Assembly (NCBI GenBank): GCA_964010765.1
Contig: CAXGMD010000095.1
Coordinates: 1 to 10,758, forward strand
Direction of reading: 5' to 3'
Length of the DNA: 10,758 bases
Origin: an uncultured bacterium
Lineage (GTDB): Bacteria > SAR324 > NAC60-12
Shown here: positions 7,492-10,758 of the stretch, in pieces
Layout of the letters: each line of letters opens with the position of its first letter
Position numbering within the stretch: the first letter of the stretch is position 1
Translations under genes and position numbers: made by a program
Notes under the pieces: generated by a model
Told to the model about the DNA's origin: nothing
Database searches by the model: none
What the model saw: the letters and a program-made list of their open reading frames with translations, nothing else

Positions 7492-8427
7492 GTGCCCAAA
7501 CCAAATCTATCTGCTCATCCTACGGAAGTGGTCAAACCGGATGACTTTGACCACTTTTGGCAGGAAATCATGGCGGAAGTCGACTCCATCCCACTGAATG
7601 CCGCGATTGAGTTGGATCCTTTGCGTTCCAGTGAGGAAGTCGAGGTGTTCGAAGTCAAATATGACAGCCTTGATGGTTTGCGAATCGCTGGCTGGTATTG
7701 TCTGCCTAGAGAAAGAACCAAACCTCTTCCTGCCCGTGTTTTCTATCCAGGCTACATCAGTGAGCCAACCCTGCCAAAATCACATGCTGCCCAAGGTTAT
7801 TCTACCTTTGGTGCTGCACCACGGGGCAAATTACGGAGCAATGCTGCATTCAATCCCGGATATCCCGGATTGTTAACTCACAACATCAATGATCGAGACC
7901 ATTATGGTTACAAGGGATTTTACATTGATGCAGTGCGGGTGATTGATTTTCTACTTGAGCAACCAGAAGTAGACTCAGATCGGATTGGAATCCAAGGGAG
8001 TAGCCAGGGTGGTGCATTGACTCTTGTTGTGTCCGCACTCCGTCAACAAGTTAGAGCGGCCTCAGCTGGAGCCCCTTATCTTGCGGGAGTCGTTGATGCC
8101 TTTAAGTTGACCCGAACTTATCCGTATGAGGAGATCAACGATTATCTGGGAATTCAACCAGAACATAGCTCTGCGATAGCGAATACTTGGAATTATTATG
8201 ACTGCTTTAACTTTGCAGAGCGGATTCAATGTCCAATTATTGTCTACATTGGCCTGCAAGATGACGTCTGCCCCCCAGAGACTGCATATCCCTTGATGGA
8301 AAAGATTGGTACGTCGAATAAAAAGCTCTACGAATACGAAGGACATGGTCATGACGCCAATCATCATGAGCATGATCATGTGGTGGATGCTTTTTTTGAC
8401 GACCAATTGAAACCAGCGCGATCTTGA
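7492..8427 (+). CDS. Acetylxylan esterase / cephalosporin-C deacetylase family (CE7, AXE1), catalytically intact
   Basis: GTG start with SD AAGGAG (7482-7487). PDDFDHFW N-terminus, nucleophile elbow GSSQGG (7996-8013), acid in GLQDDVCPP, His in GHGHD, and YPYEEI. Confidence 0.88.
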   Translation: MPKPNLSAHPTEVVKPDDFDHFWQEIMAEVDSIPLNAAIELDPLRSSEEVEVFEVKYDSLDGLRIAGWYCLPRERTKPLPARVFYPGYISEPTLPKSHAAQGYSTFGAAPRGKLRSNAAFNPGYPGLLTHNINDRDHYGYKGFYIDAVRVIDFLLEQPEVDSDRIGIQGSSQGGALTLVVSALRQQVRAASAGAPYLAGVVDAFKLTRTYPYEEINDYLGIQPEHSSAIANTWNYYDCFNFAERIQCPIIVYIGLQDDVCPPETAYPLMEKIGTSNKKLYEYEGHGHDANHHEHDHVVDAFFDDQLKPARS

Positions 8428-8457
8428 GTCACCGAGCTCTGAAAAATACAAGGAATC

Positions 8458-9324
8458 ATGAAACCAAAGGACTTTGATCAATTTTGGGCTGGTATTGAAA
8501 GCGACTTGAATTCAGTGGTCCCAGAGCCTGAATTGAAGGAACTTCCCATTCGCAGCAAACCTCAATTCACTGTGTACGGGTTGTGGCTATCAAGTGTGAA
8601 AGGTTATCGAATCTTTGCTTACTACAGTGTGCCAAAAGGTGAAGGACCTTTCCCAGTCATTTACCATCTCCCAAACTATGGGAGCGTGGTTCACATCCCA
8701 CCATTTGAAGAGCGTTGTAAGTATATCTGTGTAGCCTTGTGTCATCGAGGCCAACGACTCTCTGATGAGCCTTTTGCGGCTGCATACCCGGGTTTATTGA
8801 CCTTGGGTATTGAAGCTGCGGAATCTTACATTTACCGTGAGATTGCTGGAGATTGCTTGTCTGTCATGGAATTTTTGAAAAGTCGTGAAGAAGTGGACCG
8901 TCGAAGAATTTGCTTACTTGGTGGTGAATTAGCGCTTTGGACAGCAGCCCGTAGATCTGAGGCAGCGGCACTGCACTATACCCCTGCGCTCCATTACAAC
9001 TCCCTGAAGAGAGCATCTCAGACTAGCAACTATCCTCTCGAAGAATTCAACGATCACTTACGAGGCTCAGCATCCTCTCGATTGTCCGTAGAGAAAACTC
9101 TGTCTTATTTCGAACCAGTTCATCACGCTCCCCAAATTAAAATGCCCACCATGTTAGTTGAAGACTCTGTGGGGTTCTGTGATGCTTTGTTTGAGGCTTT
9201 TGCCGGGCCTGTTGATAGAGTGCCTTTTCAGCACTCGAGTTATCGAGATGGGGTTCGACAAGCAAACTGGATTGCAGACAAGCTTGATAATGGCCAGCCG
9301 ATCCTACCAGCCCATTGGTGCTAG
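8458..9324 (+). CDS. CE7/AXE1-family paralogue lacking the GxSQG nucleophile motif (probable pseudoenzyme)
   Basis: Own SD AAGGA and ATG. KPKDFDQFW, RIFAYYSVPKGEGPFP, HRGQ, YPGLLT, EVDRRRI and YPLEEFNDHL align with the upstream CE7. The elbow reads ICLLGGELAL with no Ser. The reading frame is intact (288 aa). Confidence 0.8.
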   Translation: MKPKDFDQFWAGIESDLNSVVPEPELKELPIRSKPQFTVYGLWLSSVKGYRIFAYYSVPKGEGPFPVIYHLPNYGSVVHIPPFEERCKYICVALCHRGQRLSDEPFAAAYPGLLTLGIEAAESYIYREIAGDCLSVMEFLKSREEVDRRRICLLGGELALWTAARRSEAAALHYTPALHYNSLKRASQTSNYPLEEFNDHLRGSASSRLSVEKTLSYFEPVHHAPQIKMPTMLVEDSVGFCDALFEAFAGPVDRVPFQHSSYRDGVRQANWIADKLDNGQPILPAHWC

Positions 9325-9344
9325 ATTTTCGGTCAATCACAATT

Positions 9345-10481
9345 TCACTGGAATCGTAGACTGCACTCAGCATGATTTGACCCCTGAACAGCGAGCAGTG
9401 GATGAATCAACTGAGTTAAAGTGAGATGATCCCCAAGGCTATCTTCGACTGAAATATTTGCCTCATCTACCCGGAACACCGTTAGGTCTGCGTTCTGGCC
9501 AACTTTCAACCAATCTTTACCCTCAGTGGGGTCTAAAAAGGAAGAGGGTCTTGTTGATCCAGCTGCAATGACTTGATCCAGCGGCATTCCCAGATTCAAA
9601 AGTTTTGAAAGGGTTGTAGGCAGGTCGTAGGCGGGTCCCTTGATGCTGTTGCGGTGCAGGTCGGTGCTAATCAAATCTGTTTCAATTCCCTGCTCTCTCG
9701 CAAAGCGCATCACCTTGAAGGAAAAAGAGGCTGCACCATGCCCAACGTCCAATAAAACCCCTCGAGCTCGAGCTTCGTGGACAGCGGCAAGTGACCTTGG
9801 ATCCTCCATCAGATTACCCCCGGGTTTCCCATGAAAGGCATGGGTGACCACATCCCCTTCCTCAAGAAGATCAAGCACGTCTTCCAACAAGGGTGGTGGT
9901 TCCCCAACATGGACGATCAGTGGCAAGCCTGCGACACGGGCTACCTTCCTAGCTACTCGTACCGCTTCAGCCCCCAAGTCTCCAGTTATGACCTGACTAG
10001 CCCTGCACTTGATCCCCCGAATTAGTTCAGGATAATTCTCAATGGTTTTTAAAGTTCGTTCGACATTGACTGAGCGAAACCCAAGAGAAAGTTCACTGAT
10101 TCGATTGCAGGCGACAAGCCCGATGCTGCCGATGTTCAAGAACGCAAAGAGTCTCTCCTTGGCCTGTTTAGCAATGAATTCTGAAAACCCAACAAAGTTG
10201 GCTTCCCCTGCAGAGCCACAATCAACTAAAGTAGTCACTCCAGTTTCAAGTCCAGCCTGTTCAGGCCGGATGGAGATGTCGGTCGCCCCAAAATAAACGT
10301 GTACGTGCAGATCCACCCAACCTTTCGAAATCAGGGCATCTTCAAATACATACTCTCTAAGACCCTTTGGGTTGTCCAGCTGAGATCCAAGGCGCGAGAT
10401 CTTACCGTCTTCGATTTCAAGATCAATTGGTTGTGATGCGGTATTTAGGCTGTTCAAAGGGGTGACTTTTCTGATGATCAT
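9345..10481 (-). CDS. Amidohydrolase-superfamily metallo-deacetylase, COG3964 / EF_0837 / Atu3266 type (often mis-annotated as dihydroorotase)
   Basis: DLHVHV (HxH), GVTTLVDCGSAG, AFLNIGSIGL, IRGIKCR (carboxylated Lys position), IVHVG, VTHAFHGK, LLDVGHGAASFSF, STDLH (catalytic Asp) and ADLTVF. Start ATG 10481 has SD AGAAGGAA (complement of 10486-10493). Confidence 0.85.
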   Translation of the reverse strand: MIIRKVTPLNSLNTASQPIDLEIEDGKISRLGSQLDNPKGLREYVFEDALISKGWVDLHVHVYFGATDISIRPEQAGLETGVTTLVDCGSAGEANFVGFSEFIAKQAKERLFAFLNIGSIGLVACNRISELSLGFRSVNVERTLKTIENYPELIRGIKCRASQVITGDLGAEAVRVARKVARVAGLPLIVHVGEPPPLLEDVLDLLEEGDVVTHAFHGKPGGNLMEDPRSLAAVHEARARGVLLDVGHGAASFSFKVMRFAREQGIETDLISTDLHRNSIKGPAYDLPTTLSKLLNLGMPLDQVIAAGSTRPSSFLDPTEGKDWLKVGQNADLTVFRVDEANISVEDSLGDHLTLTQLIHPLLAVQGSNHAECSLRFQ

Positions 10482-10758
10482 TGGGTTCCTTCTACAAATC
10501 ATTTATTTGAAAATGCGAGATTTTGCTGCCCATCATTCCAGCAAGGTAACTTTTTCATCCGACCAAAAGTATGAACTTAAGGAATTTAGTCGAGCAATTT
10601 TTGGTGATTTAGACATCATTTATCAAAATTCAGTTGTCTTTTTCCTTAGAAATTGACTTATGTCCCTGATAATTTTTTTCTTATTCGAAAAGGAAATCAT
10701 TACCATTCCAATGCGAACGAAGTTAAATAGTTCAATATCAACTATCTAGGGTAGATAT

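Noticed and set aside
8425..8460. UGA readthrough or selenocysteine fusion of the two in-frame CE7 genes
   Set aside because: Two in-frame TGA codons (8425, 8440) separate them, the second gene has its own SD and ATG, and no SECIS-like hairpin is evident.
8458..9324. Calling the second CE7 a pseudogene
   Set aside because: The frame is intact from SD/ATG to stop and conserved blocks persist despite deep divergence, so it is treated as a probable pseudoenzyme instead.
3178..9324. Six of the eight operon genes share one reading frame
   Set aside because: Each has its own stop and start, and most have an SD; this is compatible with chance and gives no evidence of a polyprotein.
425..10296. Short overlapping or antisense ORFs (e.g. 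2530..2931-, 3232..3555-, 5200..5574-, 8062..8481-, 9158..9424+, 10042..10296+)
   Set aside because: They lie within or across well-supported genes and have no recognisable motifs; they are shadow ORFs.
9345..10481. Dihydroorotase pyrC or GlcNAc-6-P deacetylase nagA
   Set aside because: HVHVY lacks the HxHxR Arg of dihydroorotases and the NagA motifs (HLEGP, THLFNAM) are absent. DVGHGAASFSF and STDLH match COG3964.
10462..10656. 64-aa ORF on the + strand (and the similar 1466..1651- ORF)
   Set aside because: AT-rich intergenic composition, no clear SD or motif, and overlap with the probable promoter or start region of a real gene.
1..10758. CRISPR array, tRNA/rRNA, IS or prophage elements
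   Set aside because: No regularly spaced repeats, RNA-gene signatures, transposase/integrase ORFs or terminal repeats were seen; intergenic gaps are all under 300 bp.

Overview
Bacterial chromosomal window (roughly mid-40s % GC by eye) dominated by an amino-sugar (GlcNAc/chitobiose-type) utilisation locus. In order: the 3' end of a glycerol-1-phosphate dehydrogenase/glycerol dehydrogenase-like gene (+), and a GH3 beta-N-acetylhexosaminidase nagZ (-) transcribed divergently from a probable 8-gene (+) operon. The operon encodes an NgcE-family Tat-exported sugar-binding protein, two CUT1 permeases, an extended SDR oxidoreductase, a 'hypothetical' that reads as a very divergent RidA/YjgF-fold protein, a SelA-related (DgaE-like) PLP enzyme, an intact CE7 acetylesterase and a second CE7 paralogue lacking the catalytic-Ser elbow. 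A convergent COG3964/EF_0837-type metallo-deacetylase (-) follows. No ABC ATPase, sugar kinase, PTS, NagA/NagB, regulator, RNA gene, CRISPR array or mobile element is visible. The most interesting reading is an inference: an ABC-fed oxidative route GlcNAc -> N-acetylglucosaminate -> glucosaminate -> 2-keto-3-deoxygluconate, with a dedicated Rid-like imine hydrolase and an active/inactive CE7 pair. Family calls come from motif recognition only; no searches were run.
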